From the NCBI GenBank assembly GCA_023213395.1, contig CM041465.1, positions 137,089,741-137,153,740 on the forward strand: DNA of 64,000 nucleotides, read 5' to 3'. The notes under the pieces were generated by a model. It was not told the DNA's origin, searched no databases, and saw only the letters and a list, made by a program, of their open reading frames with translations. Position numbers and translations under genes: made by a program. How positions within the stretch are numbered: position 1 is the stretch's first letter; each line of letters opens with the position of its first letter. The stretch is from Cycas panzhihuaensis (taxonomy: Eukaryota; Plantae; Cycadophyta). Shown piece by piece: positions 1 to 10,111 of this stretch.

Positions 1-754
1 TGGTGTAGTCCAACATTGACCCGATTTATTGTAATCACATAAGTTGGGCAAAATAGTTTATGTTCATGGTGTCTTTGTATTGCTCTATGAGAGATGTCCT
101 TAAGAAGTCTCAATTGTAATGCATTGTCTCTTGGTAATGTTTATTCTGCTAGTGGAATAATTTAAATGGCTTTCTGTATAAATGAAGGGATGCAACTAGG
201 ATTTTGTCCTTCTTAGATCTAGGATTCATCTGAAAATACATATCTATTTGGATTATCAAGCTTCAAATGTCCTTTGATTTCTCCAAATTGAATTTTTATA
301 AAGGGAATTCAGAATTCATGAGATTGTTGTTAGGTCTATTTTGCCTATCTTCTCCTTCCTTTTCATGATGAGAATCCTCCCCTTTGTTGGAGGGTTCTAC
401 ATCATTTTTGTGGTTGTTCATTTTTTAAAATAATCCCAATAAGACCTTATGTATGAAATCAAAACATTTTCTTCATTTTGAAGTCTTATCTCTACCCTTA
501 TTTCGTTGAATTGAGCTACTACATCATTCCTTATATGAACTGTTTTTTTGTTCAAAGTATCCATTCTTCGAGCCATGTCATCTACTGATGTTGACAGTTG
601 ATTCACCATCTTGCCTGGTGCAAGTGTCTTTTTGCACCTTGACTTTGTTATAGGAAAAAAATTTATCCCTTTTTGTACTAAAACACCACTATTTTTTTCT
701 ATTAGGTTGGTGTTTTGCAACGTATTGTTTGCATACAATGACCTCGACCATGAG
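1..754 (-). pseudogene. gag: Degenerate Ty3/gypsy (chromovirus-like) gag and leader; element runs off the left edge
   Basis: Minus-strand translation of ~330->1 gives IDMYFQMNPRSKKDKILVASLHL...LIEQYKDTMNINYFAQLM*LQ*IGSMLDY (Retrotrans_gag pattern) with stops; lies directly downstream of a tRNA-Met PBS at 755-766. Confidence 0.8.
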
Positions 755-1013
755 GCTCTGATACCACTTTGTGATGAACTGTCATACCAAGACCTGGAGG
801 TGTTAGTGGAGAGGACTTGCTACCAAGTAGATCATGACTTCTCCCACTATTGAATGGGCTAGCATTGCTTTCATCAATGTTTAGGCACTGCAAAGGCTCC
901 AACTACAACAATGTTCATACACATTGGTGACGTTCATGCACATTGCCCCACTGGCCCTATAAATAGCGTTGCCCCAAGGGGATTTGAAGCTGGGTCTTGG
1001 CTCTGTTATCACT
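755..1013 (-). mobile_element. Degenerate single TRIM unit (PBS 1000-1011, internal, PPT ~840-845, LTR 770-839, PBS 755-766); same family as the 9127-10111 array
   Basis: Its reverse complement aligns end to end with the array unit, mostly with transition changes (tgtgatgaactgtcatacc vs tgtaacgaaccgttacacc; ggatttgaagctgggtcttggctctg vs ggatttgaacctgggtcttggctctg). Confidence 0.9.
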
Positions 1014-1616
1014 TGTGGGAATTCTAAGGACAAATTCACACCTCAAACACAAATATTATCTATACACAAAACTATCTTGCCAACTTACATATGGAATTAA
1101 ACAATAAAAACTAACATGGAGGAGTAAATTATGATATCCATTGCTTCATAACACTAATTAGACTGAATATCAAGTGAAATAATACCAATAATAACTATTC
1201 AATTGTTGCCAAAACTTAACAGGTAAAGTAGAGTCACTAGCTTCCTCTTCGAGGTGAGGCATCCTTCCAAAACAACTCTTGAAGGTCGAAAATATGGTAG
1301 ATTTAAAATGAGAATGATAATCCAATCCTTGGGTGAAAAGCCCTATATATCAGTAGCAAGATCCCAATTAAAGAAGTCTATGAAGAAGAAAGGGTAAAGT
1401 CAGTCAAAATAGATAAGTATATTAAAGGTAATGGTTTATATAGGACTTTTAATACAATTCATAATGTTATATCGAGGGTTATGTGTCATTCCCCTCTTTT
1501 CTCATCTAGTGACAAGTGGCAGACATGCATTAAGTCTTGCCTAAGTCCGGTACTCTTTGTATTATATTTATAGAGGGTTCCCCCTTATTAATGCATATTG
1601 ATTTGAGATTTTCTAT
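1014..1616 (-). repeat. Probable 5' LTR (part) of the minus-strand gypsy whose gag is at 1-330
   Basis: On the minus strand it ends ...TCCCACA, 2 nt before a degenerate PBS; TATA-like motif near 1343-1350. Right boundary uncertain (cut by copia Z LTR at 1617). Confidence 0.55.
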
Positions 1617-2949
1617 TGTTAGAAATAATATGTTTATCTGTAGGTTGGCCTACAAGAAAACACAAGAGTTAAATATGAGCATTTTGGCCTATATAGAAGT
1701 CGACCAAAATGTATGCAAGTTGGTCAAAATAAATTATGATATGATGTAAATGCTTATTGTACCACTAAAGCCGGTTTTATTATAGAGTTATTTACTTCTT
1801 ATGAGGTCAGCTACAGTATGAGAGTCTTGACTATACTATATAAAGACTTTTTGTACTTCATTTTTGGTTAATCAAGAATGGAGATTCTTCATATTTTCGG
1901 TTATCTATCTATGCCGTATTCATTGTTTATGTGTGTATTTCAAATATACATAAGGTGTAATTTCGTAACATAGTAACAAGGCATATTTTTTTTAGGTCTA
2001 GTTTCTGTCATTGTCCATATTGATTAAGAGAGTTGTCTGTACTCTATGGAAAGATAAAATCAATCAAAAGTGATCAAATTTTAGCCAAGTACTATTTGGC
2101 ATGTTTTTTTATATTTTTCCTCACAAAGATTTGAAGTGAGACTAGAATTCTATCCCCTTAAAATCAGTTGTCCTCTATTGAGACCTGTTGCCATCTACTG
2201 TTAGAAAATCAAGTTTATTTGCTATCATTTGGCCAAGTATGATCTGTTGTTTTTGAAGGTTATACAGCTGATTTTATGTCATATATCTGCTATTGTTTTT
2301 GCTATTTTTTAGGGTTATACTATTGATTTTGTCATATATATGTTGTTGTTTTTTACATTGTTATCTACTGGTTATATGTTGAATATGCTGTTGATCATAA
2401 ACTAAGTATTACTAGTTATATTATTGGTTATACATACTATTGAAACACATTTTCTATTGAGTTGAAATAAGATATTCATACTATTAAGAAGTTGAGCATT
2501 TGGTGTTTTACTCTCAGTAGTTTGTGATACTCAAATAGAACAAACCTTAGTTAGTATTTAGAAGTATTTTGTACCCAAAGTATGACCGCTTTAGGGTTCT
2601 TTAAAGCAAATAGATTGATTGAAAATAATTTCGACACATGGAAAGCCAAAATTGAAAGGATTACGAGGCCAAAGAAAATCAAGAGACTCATTACTAGTGA
2701 TGAAGCAAAGTCAATTGATTCTGCCCAATTAGTAGATTGAAAAAATAGAGATAATGATGCTATAAGACTTCTCAAATTCACTATTTCAGATCTTCTTCTA
2801 CCACATATAGCTAGTTTAAATTCTACTCCTATAATCTGGATTACTCTTACATCATTGTTCTGTTAACAGAATGAAGTTAGAATAATTGCCTTCAGAGATC
2901 AACTTTAGAATCTTCGTCTAAAGGAAAATCAACCTGTTTCTAAGTATGT
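1617..2949 (+). mobile_element. Ty1/copia Z, 5' remnant (LTR 1617-1970, degenerate PBS 1971-1982, gag from 2582)
   Basis: TGTTA...TAACA termini; gag MTALGFFKANRLIENNFDTWKAKIE...LLPHIASL...IWITLTSLF (DUF4219/UBN2-like), cut at 2949 by copia B. Confidence 0.75.
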
Positions 2950-4323
2950 TATTAGAATATAATGTCTAATCCTTCGTATATTAATGTATTATGATTAATG
3001 GTTTAACTGTAACATTTAATATAAGTCATGTAACATAGATGTAACTTATTATGTTAGTCATGCCTTTAACCCTAACATGTTATTAGAGACTTCCTGTATA
3101 AATATGTACTTTTATCTCTCATTGTAATAAAGAGAGTTCATTATTCTTTTATGAGCTTTGATTCTCTTTGGCTCTTTTGATCTAACATCATATTAGAGCC
3201 ACTTGCTTCTTAATTTCTTCTCGAAGTGATGTTTTCGTACCATCATACGAATAGATCCATACAATTGTACAGATCTTTTTTTTGGTAGGCTTAGAATCAT
3301 TTGAAAATTAGTGAATTGGTGTGCCTCACCCTCATGAGCAACTTTTTCTAAAGGCACGATTCCAAATTTCAGCTTGTGTGGGCAAGATCTAGCAAAATAT
3401 GGACTATGTCCATATGGTCTCTTTTTTGCTCGTTTCTCACTATATGATTGATTTTACTAATCGAATTTAGTATCAAATCAAAGATTTTGAAGAGAGCTTT
3501 TCATCGATATATGACATGTTACCTTTCGTCATATGTGTGAAGAGCAACAAGCAAAAATAGTAGAAACCCAGTTGCCACTTTGGATTTCGATTGCCTTTTT
3601 CTCTTTAATGAAAAGTCAGATAAAAAATCTGACACTAGATCTGAGTTCCTCAGACCTTTTATTTGACTCTTGTTTTGAACCATTTCGAAGAAGTTGATTT
3701 TTGGGCCTTTTACATGTTCGTACAATAATGCATGCGACTTCTTCCTCTGATTTACTTCGTTTAGAGAAGTCTTATGAGATTTAATCTTCCTACATTTCTT
3801 ATTTTGTATTTGAAGTTTTTTTTTGAAAAATAAAACAAGAAAAAAAGGAAGTCAGTTTTTACTTTTTCTCTCATTTTATTTCATTCATTTTTGCATCTTC
3901 ATTGTTCCTATTTTCCCTTCACAGGTAGATAACTCTACTTGGTAGTTATCTGTTCCCAACCTTAGAGACCCTATTCTAGGGGTCTATAAATATCACGAGG
4001 ATTTGTTGTTCTGAGCTAAGCGCATTGTGGTTTTTCTGCCTTCTACATGAAAGATTGGAGATCACACTCCTAAACCAAACCTTAGACAAAACTTGGCTAT
4101 GGAATTGTGCCTCTAGTATCTACGGGTATATAGAAGGACCCTATAGGACCTTAAGCCCATCCTAGATTAGGGAGCTCAATTGTCCATTGAAGCCTCATAG
4201 TTTAGTGGTTAACAGTTAGCGATACAAAGTTATCTATCTCAAACCCCCTTTGGAGGTTTATCGATAGGCCTATGAGTCCAGGCAATCCCATGCCTAGACT
4301 TGATAGAGTTTGTCCACTTTACT

Positions 4324-5380
4324 ATGGCCTCCTCTCTCAACCTTGTTGAGTCTGAGAAGCTTATTGGGGACAACTATGAGTCTTGGAAGACCAAGATGAG
4401 ATCTATTCTTGTGGCTCAAGGAGCATGGGACTAGACATAGAACATCAAACTATAACCCATCGATGTTGTCGAAAGGAAGATATACTTAGAGCAGAATGGT
4501 CTTGCCCTTGCCTCCATTACTTTATCTATTTCAAATGCCATTTTGCCTCATATTGCTAGTGCTGCTACCCCTCACAAGGCATGGACTACTTTGAAGACCT
4601 TATATGATTGAAAAAACACTGATCGTAAATCAAATGGTCATACTAAAAATGTCAGAATCAGAGGACTTCACCACTTTTCTTGCCTACTTCAAGTTGCTAC
4701 ACGAGAACTTGGTGTCTGTTGGAGTGATCTATTTTGATGATGATCTCATTGATCTCATAATATACAAGTTTTATGCCCAAGTCAGAAACTTTGTCACCTC
4801 CTACAAGACGATGACCAAAATTGCCCAACCTTCCTTTGCTACCATATGTGGATAGCTCCTTCATCATGAGCAAATAGAAGCCAACTTGGAAAATGAGTTA
4901 GAGAATGCTTTTTCATTGAGAGTTAGCATTCAGAGTAAGGGGAATCCTATTAGAGGTAATCTTCGTGGCACTGATGGAGGGAGAAGATGTTCAACCACCT
5001 ATAGCCCTAAAAGCGGACGATCTCTTCCACGTCCAAATACACAGTAATATTCTATAGGATAGTTCAACCACTAAATCATATGCTTCTACTGTGGAAAAAT
5101 TGGTCACTACACCCTTGATTGTCATCATTGTAAGGCTAATCTAGAAAGGGGCATTAGCTTCAGGGAGCTAATCTGGGCAACCCAAGAAGAATGAGTCCAC
5201 AGAAATAGAAGAAGAAGGGACCGCATTTGTGACCACACTCTCCTTGACCATACACAACCAGAGCAAAGATGATTGTCTTATAAATTTAGGAGCCTCTAGG
5301 CACATGACTCACAGATGAACCTGGTTCAACAACATAACTCCTCTTCAGGGTTCTGGATTAATTGATTTTGGGGATGATGT
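4324..5380 (+). pseudogene. gag: Copia B gag, zinc knuckle and protease N-part
   Basis: MASSLNLVESEKLIGDNYESWKTKMRSIL...; CFYCGKIGHYTLDC (~5080-5122); LINLGASRHMT (~5275-5310); many stops and frameshifts. Confidence 0.88.
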
Positions 5381-6219
5381 TGTTGACTGCTGGGGGATCT
5401 TATTACACTTACAAGATACCTCTGCTACACTTGTCAAGGTTTACACAACGCTATAGTCTAGTCCAAGATACTGTCAACATGGTCATTCACATACATTCCA
5501 CATATAATTCACAAAATTACACCACAATGGTACACAGCAGTACAAAAATCAATACATACTCAACAATTCATCATCACAGCATAGAGAATACACCACTTTC
5601 CACGTAACTCTTCCTTTTATTAAGTAATCAAGTCAATTTACACAGACGCTGGAATGCATTCCTGAGCATTCCAGCAGCATACATTCATTCTGTTACATAT
5701 GCGTACCCAGATGGTACTTATCATACAATGCTGCTCCAATCGGCTGTCATACGTGCTGACTTCGGCACCTTTGCGTACCCATGATAATCGGCTCTAACCC
5801 TAACCTGGTGGTTCATGCGTACCTCCTTAAGTACTCATGTTGGTACCTTTTGGCTGAAGGGTTATGATTGCCTGTCATAACCGTACCCCTTCAGTCATAC
5901 GTACCCTTTCACTAATCACTTGTTTAGGCACTTGATTAATTATCCTTTGTATCCGTACGTCCGTACGTACGTCTGGCAGCTCAACAGGTCTTCACTGGTC
6001 TCTTTGAATCATGCGTATCGCTTCCACTCGGTTATGTTCACGGGTTGATGCGTATCATCATCGTGCAGTTCCAGATACGCACTTGTCATACGTACCTAGA
6101 ATGCTGATTTCTCTGCCGTTTTGCCTCGTGCATACCACCGCGTGCGGTCCGTGCACAATTCGGGTTACGACCTACCTCACGGTCCTCTTCTGACCATAGG
6201 ATCATTTTAGACTCCAACA
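5381..6219 (-). repeat. 3' LTR of gypsy A (839 bp)
   Basis: Direct repeat of 15793-16627; TG...CA termini. Confidence 0.96.
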
Positions 6220-6315
6220 TCTATCCCGGGTCAACAGTTATGGATTTGAGCATCCTTGTTCAACAAAACTCCAAAAAAATTTTCAAAATTTCGGGGTATC
6301 CCTCCCCCGCTCTGT

Positions 6316-7395
6316 CTCAAGGCGGCACTTGCTGCCTCTGTCCTCCCAAAATCTCTTCATTTATCTGTGTCAGGGTGGCAATAATAGCATCCTTCTCTTT
6401 TATTTTGTCCTGAAGGGCAACTATCTCAGCTTTATACCCTTCCTCCAGTTCCTGAATTAATTGGATGATGGGTCCTGCTTTGTCCTGTGGTGTAGGAGGT
6501 CTTTGAAGGTTCCCCCTCTGTTGCAGGAAGTCTTCCCATTCTTCCCAGGATGCTTCTGCTTCTTCTTCCTTCTCCTCTGATTCTTCTTCTCCCTTCTTCC
6601 TCTTGCCTCGTCTATGGACAACCTGTTTTGTCCGAAGGGGAATGGATGTTCCAGGTGTCTTCTGTAACTAGGTCAGTACCTTTTGCATCTGTTGTTGTAC
6701 TTTCCTTTTTGCTTCCAAAGCATTCCTTTGTGTCTGGAAATTCAACGCCTTTGTTTAATGATTGGCTCCCGTGGAGAAATTGTGGTCCTGGTCAACTGCA
6801 CCTCTGGACACTAATAGAATAGAATTGCCAAAAGCAATGAGGGATGTCTGAATGGGTGTGTCCTAATCTCCTTTAACTGCTGCCTCATGTTTTCCGCTAA
6901 GAATTTGGACCAATCCATCTTTTCCCCATCTCAGATTTTTAACAACACCTGCATCATGCCTCCCTGAATGTAGGTGTACTTCCGTTTGGACAAAAACCTG
7001 GAATTGATCACTTTTGCCACCCACTGAAGTCTAGCATCCATGATGTCTGCTACACAGATTCCGCCGGACATAATCTGAGTGTTGGGTTGGCATAATTCTC
7101 TCAACCACATTTCTCGGTCAACTTCTGACCTTTTTGTTCCCAGTGGAACCTCCCCTTCATTGGGAAGTCTGGTGATGGTATGGACTATGTCTGCGTCCAT
7201 TTTGGCCTTCCTGCTGTCCTCCTTCAGGGCCATTAGGATTTGGTCCATGAGTTCAGGGTCATAGTACATAGGGTTATAGTAGATGTAGTCTCCCCAACCT
7301 GCCTGTTTAACCCTAGCATGGAATGGAGCTGGTAGAGCTTGTAGCTCCTGCTTGAGCTTCGGTATATATGCCTCCTGGCACCCTGCTGTCCTCAT
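6316..7395 (-). pseudogene. Extra (env-position) ORF of gypsy A, ~360 codons, disrupted; function unknown, acidic/coiled-coil C-terminus
   Basis: ORF 7395->6931 reads on past a TGA (DGEKMDWSKFLAENMRQQLKEI...) and ends ...ELEEGIKAEIVALQDKIKEKDAIIATLTQINEEILGG near 6316; lies between integrase and 3' LTR. Confidence 0.7.
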
Positions 7396-7747
7396 ACTGG
7401 CTGTGGAGTCCCAGAGATAAGAAAGAAAACCTAAGTGTACAAATCAGAACCCTACGTACGTACCTCTGAGGAACGCTTGCCGTTTTTGTGTCTTTGCGTA
7501 CTGCGATGCGTACCAGAGTGAACTCTTTGCGTGCCGTTCCATACGAATGTCTGGAAAATTTTTTGGAGTCCGTTCCGCTCTGCGTACTGCACGGGAATGC
7601 TCGTAGGTACGTAATGATTTGTCGTTTTGCGGATTTTTGTCTTATACGTGCCCTCGGTACGTATAGTGTTAAGAGTCTCCATTATACTTACTCGATTACA
7701 TACATTCTTAGTACGTAAAATGTAACTAAGCACTTAAGTATATTTTC

Positions 7748-8068
7748 CACAGTGCGTACCCGACTATGTACTTTTTTTTGGTACGTATAATGTAACCTGT
7801 TTAACTTACTTCTCTTTGCACTGTGCGTACCTGCTTGCATACTTTTCAGGTACGTATAATGTAATTGAGCCACTTAAAATTTGTTTACACTGTGCGTACC
7901 TGACTGCGTACTTTTTAGGTACGTATAGTGTAATTCCAAGTCACTTTTTTGAACTGTGCGTACTTCAGTGTATTTCCTTGGTACATATAGTGTATTTTTC
8001 AATTTTGATTACTTTTCCCACTATACGTACCTGGTAACATACCTTTTTGGTACATATGCTGTATTTTG
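7748..8068. repeat. Five ~64-71 bp tandem units, each an imperfect palindrome
   Basis: Units start at ~7748, 7819, 7888, 7952 and 8019: cactgtgcgtacc...ggtacgtatagtg. Confidence 0.8.
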
Positions 8069-9126
8069 TTTGTATGCTGTTGAATTTCCCTCTAATTTTC
8101 TGAGATTATGATGTTGTTATTTATGTCTGTGATGAGTTACGGTTATTTATTTTTTTTTTTTTTCAATTTTTTTTTCTCTTTTTGTATCCATACCGAACTG
8201 GATCATGGTTCAGTATCAAGGCATTTGATTGTGCCTCAATGTCATGCAATACGATATGGTACAACTAACTGATTCGGCTGGTAGGCTGGCTACTCAATAT
8301 ATGGCTTGAGTCTGCTACCGTTTACCCGAGTTGGTAGCAGAGGTCTGTCGATCTCTCAAAGCTGCACCGATCCATTCTCAAAGATTCGTTCTGCGATGTA
8401 TGGTCCCAACCACCACATCTTGAGTTTACCAGGGTGCGTTTTGAATTTGTTGTCGTACATCAACACTTGATCACTTTTGTTGAATTGAGGTTTCCGTAGA
8501 TGGCGGTCGTGCCATGCTTTTTGCCGCCGCTTCTCCACATGTTACAACCAGTTTGTCAGGTGTCATTTCTCTTCCAGTCGCACTAAGTCTTCCAATCGTC
8601 GTTCTAAAGACTGGAGGTTGTCTAATCGACATTGTATCGCAACTCGTAGACTGGGTATCTCAAATTCTGTTGGGAGGATGGCTTCTGTGCCATACACCAG
8701 CTGGAATGGAGTTTGTCCGATTGACCTCTTATATGTCGTTCGAAATGGCCATAGCACGGATGGTAACTTCTTGGCCCAATCAGATCTGCCGATGTCGCAT
8801 ATCTTCCGCAAGCAATTCTCGATTATATTGTTTGAGCTCTCTGCTTGACCATTGGCTCTCGGGTAGTATGGGGTAGATTTCCGATGGCTAATCATAAATG
8901 CAGATATCAATGTTTCGATAGTTTGATTGAGGAAGTGGGCGCCTTGGTCACTTACGATCTCCAAGGGGCATCCAAATCGTGTAATCACTACCTCATACAA
9001 AAATCTCGCTGTGCTTTCCGCATCGGTTTTTCGTAACGCGCGCACTTCTACCCACTTTGTCGTGTAGTCGGTTGCCACCGGGATGTATCGAGCTTTTAAT
9101 CTACGTGCGGCTGGTTTGATTACGAG

Positions 9127-10111
9127 GGTAATGGTCTGCTTGGTGGGGGGCCCTCTTCACTAACACCTCGAGGTTTTGGTGTAACGGTTCGTTACAAGTG
9201 GTATCAGAGCCCACCTCTTCACTAACACCTCGAGGTTTTGGTGTAACGGTTCGTTACAAGTGGTATCAGAGCCAAGACCCGGGTTCAAATCCCGTGGGGG
9301 CAACACCGCTTAAGGTAATGGTCTACTTGGTGGGGGGCCCTCTTCACTAACACCTCGAGGTTTTGGTGTAACGGTTCGTTACAAGTGGTATCAGAGCCAA
9401 GACCCAGGTTCAAATCCCGTGGGGGCAACACCGCTTATGGGGGTGGTGGGGCGACGCGCCAAACGTCGCCGATGCACAAAACGCCGTCGTAGCCGGGGCC
9501 TATGGGGCGCATGAACGCCGGTGAAAGCGGGGCTAGGCGGGGCTAGCCCGTTTGAACCGGGGGGGAGGTAATGGTCTACTTGGTGGGGGGCCCTCTTCAC
9601 TAACACCTCGAGGTTTTGGTGTAACGGTTCGTTACAAGTGGTATCAGAGCCAAGACCCGGGTTCAAATCCAGTGGGGCAACACCGCTTATGGGGGCGGTG
9701 GGGTGGCGCCAAACGTCGATGCGCAAAACGTTGTCGTAGTCGGGGCCTATGGTGCGCATGAACGCCGGTGAAAGCGGGGCTAGCCTGCTTAAACCGGGAG
9801 GTAATGGTCTACTTGGTGGGGCCCTCTTCACTAACACCTCGAGGTTTTGGTGTAGCAGTTCGTTACAAGTGGTATCAGAGCCAAGACCCGAGTTCAAATC
9901 CCGTGGGGGCAACACCGCTTATGGGGGCGGTGGGGTGCGCCAACGTCGCCGTCAAGAAAACACCGTGGCCGGGCCTGTGGGGCGCATGAACGCCGGTGAA
10001 AGCGGGGCTAGGTGGGGCTAGCCCATTTGAACCGGGGGGGAGGTAATGGTCTACTTGGTGGGGAGCCCTCTTCACTAACACCTCGAGGTTTTGGTGTAAC
10101 GGTTCGTTACA
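9127..10111 (+). mobile_element. Tandem TRIM array: 6 LTR copies (~70 bp; one 5'-truncated), 5 tRNA-Met PBSs, 3 full internal regions (163-183 bp)
   Basis: LTRs at 9127-9196, 9214-9258, 9314-9383, 9567-9636, 9800-9867, 10042-10111; all but the last followed by AG-TGGTATCAGAGC; G-rich PPT before the LTRs at 9567, 9800 and 10042; non-coding and CpG-rich. Confidence 0.92.
9617..9670 (+). promoter_or_regulatory. tRNA-type internal Pol III promoter motifs (A box TGGTGTAACGG 9617-9627; B box GGTTCAAATCC 9660-9670), repeated in array units
   Basis: Both boxes fit consensus and start 43 nt apart (about 45 in canonical tRNA); T-arm stem CGGG-TTCAAAT-CCCG. Activity not shown. Confidence 0.6.

Noticed and set aside
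9567-9636. Cassandra (5S rRNA-bearing) TRIM
   Set aside because: No similarity to 5S rRNA seen in the LTR; the motifs are tRNA-type.
9610-9680. Functional tRNA gene
   Set aside because: No canonical acceptor stem or 7-nt anticodon loop; only the boxes and T-arm are tRNA-like.
9391-10081. ORFs of 68-174 aa across the GC-rich array
   Set aside because: By-products of a GC-rich tandem repeat; no domain similarity.
9127-10111. CRISPR-like repeat/spacer array
   Set aside because: The spacers are homologous to each other, the repeats are LTR+PBS, there are no cas genes, and the context is eukaryotic.
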